From NCBI GenBank assembly GCA_051362555.1, contig CM120641.1, forward strand, positions 19,220,001 through 19,284,000: DNA of 64,000 bases, written 5' to 3'. The notes under the pieces are model-generated. The model saw only the letters and a program-made list of their open reading frames with translations. It made no database searches and was not told the DNA's origin. Within the stretch, counting starts at the first letter, position 1; the number at the start of each line of letters is the position of its first letter. Source of the stretch: Lingula anatina. Taxonomy: Eukaryota > Animalia > Brachiopoda. Made by a program: the position numbers and the translations under genes. This document shows positions 28,601-42,400 of the stretch, piece after piece.

Positions 28601-30739
28601 TTTTGCAACCCTGTTACAGTTATTACTTAACTCACTTGAATTACTCTTGAAAATATGTTAAATCTTTGTTGAAAAAACTGCTGCTTTTCATTATCACCAG
28701 ACAAACGTATTTTGGCATGTTAAATGTACCTACTCTAGTAATTTTGCTGCTTCCTCACGTGTCACTATGTGGTCCATTATGACCCTTCCACATATAGATG
28801 GAATACAACCTAAAAAATGCCAAAACACACACCATGCTTTTTATTTCCATTTTTCTTTTCATATGGAAGAGACCTTAAATACCCACAGCAAAAAAAAAAA
28901 AAAATAATAATTATAATAAATAAATAAATAAAAAATAAATAAATAAAAATGGTACAAAAAATTAATTAAGGCTTCATTCACATGGAAAGTCTATTTTCTA
29001 AATTCTATTTTCTATTCGCGGTATGTCTTGTGATCATGGTCTGTGCCCTGAATATCCCGCGGCGTAATTACTGGCAGCGCGAGCCAGTTACTTATATAAA
29101 GCTGTAATTAATTCTCGGCTGTGCTCGGAGGAGATTCTGATACGCTTGCCATCGGATCATGATGGTTGCACTCGTATCTGTCGTGTGTATAGCTTCTTCA
29201 TCTTCTTCGTCTTGTTGTTGCACAAAATCGTTGCCAGTAATTACGCCGCGGGATATTCAGGGCACAGACCGTGATCACAAGACATACTGCGAATAGAAAA
29301 TAGAATTTAGAAAATAGACTTTCCATGTGAATGAAGCCTTACAGTGTTATTTGGAGGTTGGGAAAGAGGTTGTTTGAAAACTGTTGGGAAGCCAGAGAAC
29401 ATGAACACAGGCACCAAGAAAATTTGTTAATGTTGTGCATGTATTTCTTTTGCAACAAATTTGTTTGCAATAATTTCCTTATTTTTGCATACAATGAAAC
29501 ATTGTCAAATAATATAAAATTTGGTTAGTTGCAATTTTACCGAATTGTATCTTATTCAAGTATTATATTCAGGTCCGAAATTAACATCATCGGAAGCCAA
29601 AAGTTAGTTTTGGAGGAAGAGTCCGATAAAGAGGATCCAGTAGGAACCTGGATTGGAAATCAACGCTAATCTAATCTAATCTAATCTATACATCATATTC
29701 AGTCAGGTTACCTTTTTCTATTCTTTAATTTGCAGAGGCACACTTGATTATAGATAGGATTAGTGACATGAAACAACTTATATGTTGTCAAATATGCTAC
29801 ATTGCACCAACAAATAAACAAGTCTGCTTCCAAAATGCAAGTTATTCAATCACAGCACTTACCTTTGAACATTACCTTTTCCTTGTCATAATCTGATGAG
29901 CATCCAACTTCAATGAACCTATGAGGGATGTCCTCATTTATTGTGGCAAGCTGACCATATTCTTTTTCCTCAAAATCAACAAAAGTCCTTATGACTAGTA
30001 ATGAGCAAATAACAAGTGCACCCTGCAGAAGAACCCTTGTATAAGGGCGGTCTCCTTCTTCCTCCTGAACATGTGCTTCTCTAAAGAAAAAAGTGGAAAT
30101 GTGCAAGGTGTTTGTCATATTGTTGTTGTTACTCAGAATACTAATGCACTGGAAGGTCACTAGCATACACACTGACTTTATTTCACTACGCGTGGACACT
30201 TAAAGTAAGCACAGTGGTCACATGATACATATTTATAAGAATACTACCAACAGTGCCCTGGACAAATTTTATATTAATTCAAAAACTACATGTACATGCA
30301 TGAACAGGTACGTACTGTACTAGTACCTGTATCTCTAGTCTAGTTATGCAAGTGCTGAGCAAAACTTTGTGTATTTGATCTAAATGTATGCTAATCCCTT
30401 ATTTGAATTTAAGGGACATTATTTACCAGTAACTCGATTCATGAAATGCTTGTGAATATAATTTGTGTATTGTGCGTTGTGTATGTATTACATGTATACA
30501 AGAAAAAAATCTGTGAACGAACAGAAATACATGTAGGCTTAGATTACTCCTGTAGTCTAGATAACAAAATGATATAAGAATTCAAACATTGAGGTATCTT
30601 AAGACAGTTAATGACATTATTGCAGTTTGCAAAAGGAAACATAGCATGAACGTCTGAAACACGTTAGGAATCACAAAGAAAATAAATAATACCTTTTCTG
30701 AGCTGTTGGTTCCCCAGCCTTTCTTCTTCTTGTTGTCAT
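25674..30739 (-). CDS. OGFOD3: 2-oxoglutarate/Fe(II)-dependent oxygenase domain-containing protein 3, 9 coding exons, ~306 aa
   Basis: Exons 30739-30693, 30080-29863, 28809-28734, 28275-28233, 27472-27408, 27115-27059, 26736-26583, 26264-26141, 25810-25674 (921 nt, in phase). It has an N-terminal TM segment, GC-P-ICGRV, GGSNGGASILDLHSGALS, LTNPTFFS, HDEYWHPHVDK (HxD), FHYTSLLYLS, FTSGSENLHYVEK and RYAITVSFTC. Confidence 0.93.
28969..29339. mobile_element. Foldback MITE with ~111-bp terminal inverted repeats, in OGFOD3 intron 2
   Basis: 28969-29079 is the reverse complement of 29229-29339 with 3 mismatches. TA flanks both sides, and there is no coding capacity. AGGCTTCATTCACA termini recall PIF/Harbinger-type ends, but the family is uncertain. 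Confidence 0.85.
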
Positions 30740-30960
30740 TTTGCTAAATCGTTATCGTCACAAAGCATCTCAAGTTCAAGAGCCCATAACTTCTAAAATG
30801 ACATTTATTTTAAACAGCGCTTATGCTGCTATATCGAATTACCAGGATGAAATAAAACGTTTTACTTTGCTCTGAAAATAAACACGTTTTCGGCGGAAGT
30901 AAGATTCTTGACCTCCATATTAAGAAGAGTTTTGAAAGGCGAAAGCGAAAGCGAGGTATA
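30740..30960. promoter_or_regulatory. Putative OGFOD3 promoter, possibly shared with GATM
   Basis: CpG-containing segment just upstream of the OGFOD3 ATG with an ETS-type GCGGAAGT at ~30893-30900. Confidence 0.4.
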
Positions 30961-31454
30961 CATTGAACGGGGGAGGGGGAGCCAAGAGTATTTATTTTGA
31001 GTAGGTGCGTCCTGACATCTTGTGTCTTTTACACACAGTGCACCCAAACTAATATTTACTTACATATCTTGGTTTTCTTCGTCCCAAATTTTACACTGAG
31101 AGTAAGTAATTCTTGATAAAAGATGGATTGTGTGAAACTTGCCATCCTACCTACACCTAGGTGTACTCAGCATACATCAGGTATGGGAGTTTTCTCTCCC
31201 TCTCCCGTAATGATGTAGGAGCTGCAATCTGTGGGATGACAGTGCATGCATACACTGAACTTTTCCATCCCTCTAGGTTGCTGGGTCTGGGACAAATTCA
31301 CGTTTATTCACTCTCTGTCTTTCAATCCCTAAAACTGAAAATGATTTGAGTAGGCTACCATACGTCTAGAAACCGATTTTGTAGGCAAAATAAAATCACA
31401 TTCTGTAACTCTGGGAGTATTGAATTTAAAGGAAACCCTTGACTGGGTCTAATT

Positions 31455-31455
<1 letters not shown>

Positions 31456-31492
<37 letters not shown>

Positions 31493-31505
31493 GCGCGCGC
31501 ACACA
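31456..31505. repeat. (CA)n(CG)n alternating purine-pyrimidine microsatellite
   Basis: cacaca..cacgcgcgcgcgcacaca read directly. Confidence 0.9.
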
Positions 31506-31732
31506 AAAGAGAAAATCTGAGTTACGTCATTGACGCGCACATTTAAATGTTGCATAAATTTGTATAACTGTTTTATAAAATTTCTTTATTATTATTTTTT
31601 ATTTCCCTATTGGAATGCGCTATAGCAAAAGACAGTGAAAATAGTGGCGCGAGTCGGAATTTTGCAAATATTTCACAAAATGAGTGCGTCCTAGACGTGA
31701 CTCACATGGTCACATTTTTGTGGAAAGGCCCG

Positions 31733-31765
<33 letters not shown>
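31733..31765. repeat. (ATT)n microsatellite
   Basis: About 11 ATT units read directly. Confidence 0.9.
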
Positions 31766-33499
31766 TGTTGTTCCTACTGTTCTAACATTAAGCTGTGCCA
31801 CCGACAAATGAAATTAAGCTAATTATGTATGCATGAATATGCGCTGCTGCTTAATTGAGACTCACTCAACCGATGTCCAATTCCCTACGTGATTTTTGCC
31901 GTTGTCGCGCCCCCTCCCCATCGCTGTCTTTATTTTTTTTCTGAATGCCCCCTCCCTCTTTACGCATTTCAAATTAATGAATACAAATATAGTTCTATGT
32001 TAGAAAAATAATTCACTTCATATGAAATGAAGAAATTATTGCATTCTTTTAACATGTCCAAATCCCACGTCTCAGCAAAATTTGTTACTTTTAATGCATC
32101 AGAAATCTACTGTTAAATGTTTTTTCACGTACATTTATAGTATAGTGTTTTGTATTTTAAACTTTATTAGAAGAAAAATTTGCCTATAGTGCGTACATGT
32201 AGCAGCCCTTCATGTATCCGGTTAAAATATTTACTTTCTCAAATTTGTACGTCACAGATGTATTTATCTTTCGTTCGAAATTATTTTCGAAAGGGGTGTA
32301 AAATAATTAGGCCCTCTATTTGAAGTTCAAAATACAAATTTGAGAAATATGTTGACATTTAAGGTATAAAACACAGGTCTAAGTAAAAATAATATCAGTT
32401 TCATCTTGTCCGAATTGAAAATTTTTTAGTCCGCTTTATTCCGTTTATTTCTGTAGTCTTTCAGTCACTGCGAGTTTTTAAAGGCTTAATATTTATTTAT
32501 TAGTCAATTTCATAACCATTTTATGTTAAACTGTTGGTCTTCCTACTATTCTGTCTGTGGACGCTTATGGTCGCTCGTCGGCGTTTATGGACACAACCAT
32601 TCTCTTTGTTATCGTTAGTAAACTTACAAATTAGGGCACTGTAGACCTTTGCTGTTTTCAAACTTAAAATATCGTCTTGTGTCAAACATATACATATTTG
32701 CTGATTTATGCTTGTAGACATTTGTGGCCATTTGTGGTCGTTTGTGGCCGTTTGTGGTCGTTAATTAGACAGACCGCTATATACGTTACTTTACAATATT
32801 TTACTGTACACGACTTAATATGTGTCTACTATTGAACTGAAACATAAAAAAATAACATTTGTGAGCCCCCATTCCCCAAGCTAGAGGCCGGTTAAGGGGC
32901 TGGAGGTCCAGACGCCATTCACTGAGCTGTATCAAAAACAATCTTACGGTACTTAGGTTTTCAGACAAATGTCTATTAAAACCCAGTGAAAAATTTAAAA
33001 TCAGTTTCAATTTGTCCTTTTTCCCCAAAGAAACAAAATGGATAGGAACGCTTTCTGCTGCGTTTTTAAACATAAAGTACAAGCAGAAGGCGGCATGCAT
33101 TCGATTGGTTCAGGTTTATCAATGAAGCGGCCTTGGTAAGATTAATGCTGCATGCCAATCGTCGCGTTTACCCAGTGCGCGTTGCACGTGATTGCCGCGA
33201 AGTCATTCACTAACTAAATGAGGTTCGTCAGGGATTTGTAAACGGAATGTTAAATTTGAAGTTCTTTTTATTAAACAAATCTGTGATTATGGACTAATTG
33301 ATAAGATTGGTGATATATGTAAAATCGACCAAAAACAATGATGCTTTTTATGGGGCTTTAAGATGATGAGTAAAAGTGTTCTGCGTTGCACTTACTTGAA
33401 ATTGACTTTCGTTTCTCCTATATTTTACTATTTATTAACGTGCTTGCTAAGTGCCGCGGCATTCTATGAAGTTCGAGTTAAAACTTCAGACGTGCTACG

Positions 33500-36400
33500 A
33501 TGTTGTGCATCAGGACATTTTTGGGAGGGTGTAGAGGAAGAGAAGCTGCGCATTTGATGCCAGCGGTTAGTGATGAATAATTATCAATGCTTTTAAAAGA
33601 GTTAGTCTATAACTATTTCTTTTATGTGTGTGGGAGTACAGTACGTACTATATTAGTAGAGTTAAATATTGTGTGTGCACATAGAAGTATGGTGTGCAGG
33701 ATATGAGCTTATCATTTGATTGAATGCATGTGCACCATTCTTCTTGCTTTCAAACACCGATTGATAAAACGAAAGAATGAAATCATTAACTAAACATTTA
33801 TTGATTGTTATATTTATATATTTAGTCTTTTACGTGGAAATAATTCTCATTCAGTAAATGTGAATTGGAACTTTTCCGACTTTTGATTTCAGTTATAATT
33901 CTTATATACTCATACTATTAGAAAATCTACGTTATAACTTACAGCCAGTCAAATAAACTGACAACACATATTAATAAATGAGTGGATTGATTAAAAAATG
34001 TGCCACTCTTTTTCTGGCAAGTGAAGAGATGTTTTTCATTTTTCTGCATCGAAATTGTTTCATATTGAAAACAATGTGGCAAAAAAGTTACAGTACAAAC
34101 TTGCATAAATTATGCAGACTTGAATACACAGACAATGGGGTTTGGATGCAGAAAGTGTTTCTCAGTGATATTTTCTTAATTGTTGGTGTTTCTTAATGTC
34201 AGTCAGCTGTGCACTTTTATTAATTAGATAAAATAGTTCAGGTGCACTAAGTGTGAGCTAACTTCTTTAGCATTGAGCACATGGCAGAAATTATATCATG
34301 CACTCAATCCTTGAACAATTCTGAATAACTCTAGAATGAAGTGGTTCACATATTCATGAAACCTAAGTCCTTTGTTTACAAGTGCTTTATTCTGTATTAT
34401 TGTCCTTTTGTTGTAGGCCCGTTAGGTAAACAAAATTGTGAATGCCGCTTTCAGCCATCTTAAGGTCAACCACTGACCATTCAGAAGCTGTATGAGTTCT
34501 ATTTGTAGGTCTTATGAAGTTACCTTTGTAAAGTGCATATAATAACTGGGGCATACCTAGGGTGCTTCTTAACTGGGGTTCTAAAGGGGGAGGACTGGCA
34601 GTATTGCAAATGAAGGCAGTGGTGCAGAAAAGTACTAGTAACACATATATTAAAACAGTTAAAATGAGACGTAAAAAAGCAACAAAGTGCAGGTTTCCTT
34701 TTAGAGCAGACAGTTTGATGTATTATCAATGTACTGATGCTGCTTGCATGTTCAAATGGGTCGTTATCCTTAATACTGATAAAGATTTATCCTTAGCATG
34801 TCTGCCAGTTGTTGAATATAGGCCAGTGCTATCTAATCTGTTATGTTTATCAGTAACCTTAAAGTTAACTTCAGGCGACAGAAGGTGAATTAAATAAAGC
34901 TGAACTGATGTGATCAAAAGTTATTTCCAATTATATTTGGAAAATGGGTTTTTTGGTCATTGTACATTATATATGTTTTATCTCTTGTATAGAAAAATGC
35001 TGTTATTATGTTTAATTTAAGACTGCATTCCCACAGATTTTAGATCGATCTATCCCCGTGGGGAGTCTCATTAGATTATTGTCAGCTTAGCTGGCTTAAG
35101 TGTCTGCCCCGCCTACTAAAAGCTGTAAGGGGGTAATTAACTTTTGTGCGCACTTGGCTGAAAGCAATTTAGCGTGAACCCCCAGGGTGTTAGGTCGATT
35201 CAGATGGATCGATCTAAATCTGTGGGAATGCAGTCTAAGAGGAATTCAGACAAGTGGATAATTACATATTGTGTGTTTATACAATTTAGTGCACATTAAT
35301 TGTATTGCAATGCATTTAATTTATATTCTAAAAAATAATCTTATTATTAACTTTTACATTATAGAAATTTCTTTTATCATTGAACATGTCATTTATTAAT
35401 TTTGTCTTTTTGTTTACATTAAATGCTTCAGTATTCATCTGTTGATTGTTTTACATGTGTCTTCAGGTGTGCAGAATCCGTAGGCTGTCAAGTAATCCAA
35501 GAGTAGCAATTAATTCTCAAGAGAGTCCCCAAAGGGAAAACCTTGAAGCGCAGCATCTACCTCAGCCTGAAAGCCCCGTGTGGTCCTGGAATGAGTGGGA
35601 CCCCCTGAAAGAAGTCATTGTTGGAAGAGTGGAAGGAGCAACTATTCCTAAGTTCACTGTTGAAGTCAAGGTATGGCAAAGACCCTTTTGTTTCAATGAG
35701 TAAAAGCATCAATATTTGGGATACATCATTTTAGAATCATTAAAAATATATTTCTGTGAGCATTTGTAGTACTTAGATTAATGTTTAAATTTTAAGAATT
35801 TTTAGATTTTAAAAGAGTACAATATCTGTAAAATTCACAATTTTCCCCATTAAAAAGATTGATTCATTACCATAAATAATGCTACCTTATATAATATTCA
35901 TCTAAAAGATCAATTTTATTATTAAATGTCTTTGTCATCTTGATGGGAAGGAGTAAGTGGAAATGTTTTTTGTTAAATGTTTTTTGTACAATTAAAATAC
36001 ACAGTTCAAATCATTATAGGACAATTCCCCCCTGGACAATGCTGTACGTTCTTAATCTGGCATTACATAATGCAATATTGAGTAAAGAGTGTAAAGTTCA
36101 AAACAATTCATCCATTTTATTAATATTTTTAGTTGATAATGCAACTCCATTAAACAAATTATTTTATAACATCCCTTTTTCATTGGGTACAAATACATAA
36201 AGTTTTATTAAATATCTAATCAAAGTATAACTACCTATCCTGCAGGTGAAGGTGGCGTAAACAGATGAACAGATATTTTATGAATATTTTCAGTGTGATG
36301 GGTAGTGGGAAGGTGGGTAGTAGTCAAGCAATTAACCCTCATCCACAAGGAAATGGAACCCTACGTAAACCCTGAAACCGGGCCTCAGAGGCCCGGTGTA

Positions 36401-39400
36401 CCATGTAATCTGACTCCCCCCAAAAAACATTCAAAAATCTAATTTAATTTGAGTAAATGACTATGGTATTGTAGTATGCATAATGGAGGACACATTGGCA
36501 CTTTTTGTTAGTTTGCAGGTGAAAATTTTCATGAAAAAATAAAAAAAATTAAAGATTTGTATTTTACCACCCAAGGACTCCCCTATGAAAAAGCTATTTA
36601 TTTGACATTTGATGACCATTTCAACATCTTTTCTTTGAGGATACTTTATGAGGAATATATTGAAAGTACTTGAAAGTTTAATGGTTAAAAAATTGGGTGA
36701 AAATAATAATAATAATAATAAAACACATTAAAAAATAAGAAAAATTAAAGATTTATATTCTAACACCCAATGACCCCCCTATGAAAAAGCTATTTATTTG
36801 ATATTTGATGATCATTCTGACATCTTTTCTTTGAGGATACTTTATGAGGAATATATTGAAAGTACTTGAAAGTTTGATGGTTAAAAAATTGGGTGAAAAA
36901 AATAATAAAAAAACACATGAAAAATAAGAAAAATTAAAGATTTGTATTCTAACACCCAATGACTCCCCTATGAAAAGGCTATCTATTTGATATTTGATGA
37001 TCATTCTGACATCTTTTCTTTAAGGATACTTAATGAAGAATATATTGGAAATATTTGAAAGTTTGAATGGTAAAATACTGGGTATGCTATATAAGAAGAA
37101 TTCAGTAAAAAGGCGATGGGGCCAATTTCCTGAGTTAAAAATGTAGCATTTTGACATGGAAGTGCAAAACCTACAGGTAGTAAGATGAATACTTGTTTTA
37201 AAAATATTCACCAAAATTTTCACCACCAAACTTTCAAATAATAACAAAAAAAAAAAAACATCTCTGTGCAAACTATGTAGAAAAACAATGGTATGGTGAC
37301 TGAATATAAAATAGGTCCTTTTCTTTATGGGAATCCAAATCTCATGGGTATAAAAATGAAGATTTTCACGATTTATTTTTCATTCTTTCACTCACTATTT
37401 AATCATCAAACTTTCAAATATTTCCAATATAATCTTCATAAAGTAAATTTAAAGGAAAGATGTAGAAATGATCATCCAATATCAAATAAATAGCTTTTTC
37501 AAAGGGGAGACAATGGGCGGTTAAGTGCACATTTTTAATTTTCATATTTTTTTCATGAAAATATTCACCTGCAAACTTAAAAAAAAGTGCCAAAGTATCT
37601 TCCATTTTACATACTACAATATCACAGTCATATACTCAAATAAAATAAGATTTATGAACATTTGTGGAGGGGGAGTCAAATTTTCATGGGGAGTCAGATT
37701 TTCATTATGAAAATCTGACTGGGGGAGTCAGATTTTCATGTTACACCAGTCCCTTGCTCGCTTTACCTCCACCTGGGTGCATGAGTATACACCGTGTATG
37801 GAAAATGCAGAAAAACGTTTTTTTTTTTCTCAAAATGGAAAGTTTCGCAAAGGTAGCACAGTCTATCAGGTATGTAATAATGATAGATTTAAACTGATAT
37901 CTGCATATCAGGTGACCATGCAAGGTGACCGATTACTCATAAATAATAATTTCTCCAGGTCTTGAATCTTTCACAGGCAGATTTCATTGACCATACTGAT
38001 AGTCATAGCACACATGATATTGCTTGTGTAAAACATTTTATAGCAAAGCTATTTGAGGTAACATGGACTTATTTATCCCATGTGGAAGTAAAATTATCAA
38101 GCGACCGGGCCTCAGAGGCCCGGTTTCCAGGAAATGGGACTAACTTTTGGAAAAGTTAATTTCTACATATGTTGTAAATTATTTCAAAACTAATTATTTA
38201 TCCACTGATGGGGTATAAGTTGCTTGAGGATTACATGAAAGGAACAGGCTCAAAACCTCATGCTAATGAAGAGAGAGCAAAAGATACATGGGTCCGGGCC
38301 TGCGAGGCCCCTGAAAGGTGATTGAGGGTTAAAAGTGTCAGATAATCAAAGGGATACTTGGATAAGTAAGAAAATCTGCTTACCCCACCTTTCCCTAGAG
38401 ATGCACTATGATTGAAGGCAGGCAACTTGATCAAGGGAGGAGTGATGAAGCAATTAAAAGTAACAGTAATTTATCAAAGAATGACTTGGATCAAATCATC
38501 TGTTTTCCTGGCCTTTACTTTGATAAGATTTTTCACAAATTTTTTTGCACTTTTATTTCTAAAATTTTCTGTACTTGTACTCCATGAATATAATCTGTAT
38601 AATGATATTAATATCCTCTTCAAGTTGCATCATCACACTTAGAAATATTCATAAAATGGATTAGAAAAGATTTGAACTTTATACTCTTTACATTATATTT
38701 GTTTATAAATGTATATATTCCTTGGGGCGGAGGGGGGGGGGGAATCGTAGGGAAGGGGGATTGTCCTGATACTCGATTGTTTCATTAGGACCACACCATT
38801 GACCAAGTCCATTGCTTGTTTGTGCGCTTGTGATAAATTTTATCCTAGAGAATTAGAGTGAGGAATTTGAAACCTTGGAGATTGGGGGATATAAGGGACG
38901 CGCATGTGTACTTAGGGGTTTTAGTGTGCCTGGGGGTTGGGCTGTTCACGGGGGATGAAGTTATGCCCCATACCACCAGTGGCCGATTGCTATCTCACCT
39001 CAAAATAAAAAGCTGTTAAATTGATGATTAAAACACAAGTTGATAATGCTTATGCTTAAAAACAAGAAATGTATTATATTTTCGAGAGTATTTTTTATTA
39101 TTTTTAATCATCAAAATAGCAGGTGCATTATTGAATAATTAGATGTATAAAAAACCTCACTTTTGGTATTTTGATGATAATAAACCTTACCAGTATCCTT
39201 AAAATAGTTAGGCCTACGTGTCTTTGTCCACATTTCACTTCAGTGAGTGCAGGTCACCCCACTAGCCGCTGCACTGCGTAGCCAGTTGGGTGTGAAAAAG
39301 CTTATACATAAATTAATACTGTGAGAAAGAAAAGGAAAGTTTTGCAGAGTGGGGCTATTAAAGGCCAGGACAGTAATGTTGGTAGTAGAGGCCATGCATG

Positions 39401-42400
39401 CCTACACTGTGTATGCCCCGTAGAGGGTATATATGTCATGTGTGGATTTTTAAAAAAGTATGATATATATATATTCATGAAATTATAATTAATCTAATCA
39501 AATGAATTGTGAGCACAGTATGCAAAAATGATTTGATATTTCACATATTTACCTTAGCAATGATTAATATACTTAGTCATCGAAACCATTAGAGTGATGT
39601 AATGCAATTATAGGCTAACACCTATGAGAAGCACTGGGAATTTTTCACGGCCCATGGAGGGAAAGGGTTTCCCGCAGAGCACATGCAAAAAGCTGCAGAA
39701 GAGATTGAGGAGTTCTGCAATATTCTGAAGCACGAGGGGGTCAATGTGAGACGCCCAGACCATGTGGATTTCAGTCAGATTTACAAGACACCAGATTTTG
39801 AATCTCCAGGTATGAAAGTTATATTGAATTGTGCCATCACATATTTTATTTTCAGTATTCAGTTTAAAGAAAATGATAAAAAAGAATACGATATTCAAGG
39901 CTGCAACCCAGACACAAACCCTGGCCTTGACACAAAAAATCAAGGGAAACTTTTGTAGAGTTGGGAATGTCTTTTTACCAAAAAAAAAAAAAGGTAAATA
40001 TCATGCAATTAGCAGTGAGGATATTTGTTCACAGACACAGCCACTCACCTGTTTTTAATTTTAAAAGCTGAAACTTTGTGAAATTCATGTTGGGATTCAT
40101 TTTACAGGTCTGTATTCTGCCATGCCTCGAGACATCCTTACCGTGATTGGAGATGAAATTATTGAAGCTCCCATGGCATGGAGGTCTCGTTTCTTTGAGT
40201 ATCGTGCATACCGTAGTCTCATTAAAGAGTACTTCCGCAAAGGTGCCCGTTGGACCACTGCGCCAAAGCCGACCATGAGTGATGCTTTATATGATCAGGT
40301 AGAAAAGAGTTTTTCATCATAAAATTATGTGGATATCCATGATATGCTTATGTGGATATCCATGATATGCTCACGCACGCACGCAGGCATGCACGCACAC
40401 ACATGCAAGATTTAAACGTGCGTATATATTTTTATATATTTTTTTCTTCCTTTGTTTACATACATGTTTTTTCTTGTTTTTCTTCCTTTGGACTCCAAAG
40501 TTTTCTGCATTTCTGTTAAATTTCAAGGATGTCTACTGGGAAATACTACATTTATAATCATCAGGTACAGTCTATGTAATAGATAGGTTGTATAAAGTCT
40601 TTCCAGAAAAAAAAAAGACAAAAGCATCTCCCTTTCCCTTCTCAAAAGAGGAAAGAAAAATAAAAACAGGATCACAGAAATGATATTCAGGCTTGGGTCC
40701 ACACCGTTTGCGACCGATGAGAATTTTTTGTCGAGTATGTTGGCAGTTTTTATTATGAGTCTGAGTTATCACATTAGAAGTCTTATCTCTATCCTGTTAC
40801 TGTATGCTATTGACACCCGAGTCATCCAAAATCTGTCTTGTAAGATTATAAAGTACCTTGCTGTCTTCCAAACAACTGATAATATATTTTTTAATACATT
40901 TAAAACTAGACTGAAGGAGTTGCAGTTAGGCTGTTACACAACACCACGCTGCCTAGATAACAATAGCGTCAGTAAATGATATTTTAATTGTGAGTGTTCT
41001 GCCAGATCTTATAATGATAAGGCGGCTAGTGATATGGTCTATTTAACTCATTCTGAAAGCCCCTAAGTCTGTTGTTGAAAAATTATACGTATAGAAAAAA
41101 GGGTGAAGACGGTGGGGTTTTTCAAAATAATGGCAGATGAGACAACTTGTGCCATGCTATACTCAATAACTATACATTTGCCTCCATCTTGGATCTTTCT
41201 TGTTTGGAGTATGCTGATTTAGTAAAAGGTTTTCATATAATACCCTTTGATAATATATTTCAAAACTACATACATTTTTTTCTAATAAATTTCTCTTTTT
41301 GAATTTCAACTACTTTTCTTAATAATTTTCAGTAGTATTAAAATGATGATGATGATAAATGATGGTTGCATGTATATAACTGAGGTGGGATTTGGAAACC
41401 TAGATAACAGAAAAAATGATTGCATATAATGGATCCACCCCTGATATTTAATATTTCAATATAATTAATTTGTTTTGGCAACTATTGGGTTACCCAACCT
41501 CCCTTGTCCACATTGATATTTTAGATCCACCTGGGGATAGTAGATTAATATACAGTACCATATAATATTTTATTAATAGAACTACCCTATGTCCTGTGTT
41601 GAGGAGCGTCACAAGCTTGCTGCACAGGGGAAGTTTGTGACAACAGAGCACGAGCCTTGCTTTGATGCAGCAGACTTCATGCGAGCTGGGCGAGATATTT
41701 TTGCCCAGAGAAGCCAGGTAAGTAATTTATATTTCATCAGTGATTACCTCAGCGATTACTTGTTTTTTTTCTTCAGAATGTTCTTTTGATTAATTAATTT
41801 AACATATAAAAATATGTTTTTCCTAGGTACAACACCAGGACAGTGGACTGAAAACACATAAATATTGGAGTGTACTTACTAAATAAACTCTGAAGAATTA
41901 AGCTCTTTTGGTTTCGTAAAAATATATAGAATATATAGATGAAATTCAGGAAAAAGAAAAACATTTAGTGTGTGTAATTCACATTCATGCATGGAGATGC
42001 ATTCCATGAATTTTATATTTATTTTGGGAATTTAAATGTGTGTCTTAATGGAGACTAACTTTACTTCGGTGGTTGAACATGTACTGTTACTGGTGACACA
42101 TTCTGCATCCCCCCCCCCCTTTTTTTTAACATCGTCATTTGCTATTATTGTTAGATGAACATAAATATATATTATGATAAAAAGTATAGAAAGGCACAGA
42201 CTATGCAAGGTTTCAGTGGGGCTCTGACAATCCTTTCTTACTGCAACTACTGCTTACAACTCTTAAAACACAGTCAACCACTGCAGCACCCAAAGCAAAG
42301 ACGGGGCAAGGTTGGCCCTTCTTTAGGACGCCCAGTGTTTTGAAATTCAATGGAAGAATTAATGGGCTGTAACATGAGAAACTGCAGCTTCACTCACGTA

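Larger units (their letters stand above)
36336..38328. mobile_element. Non-autonomous piggyBac-like element in GATM intron 2, host of a nested insertion
   Basis: TTAA|CCCTCATCCAC ... GTGATTGAGGG|TTAA. The palindrome (A)CCGGGCCTCAGAGGCCCGG(T) occurs at ~36377 and ~38104, with a variant at ~38294. Confidence 0.75.

Noticed and set aside
32720-32778. Four 10-bp TTTGTGGYCR repeats ending in TAGACAGACCG, like a transposon end or mini-array
   Set aside because: There are no spacers, so it is not CRISPR-like, and I found no matching opposite terminus. At most it is a TE remnant.
36753-37271. Minus-strand ORFs with internal peptide repeats
   Set aside because: They are translations of the 190-bp tandem repeat inside a non-autonomous transposon.
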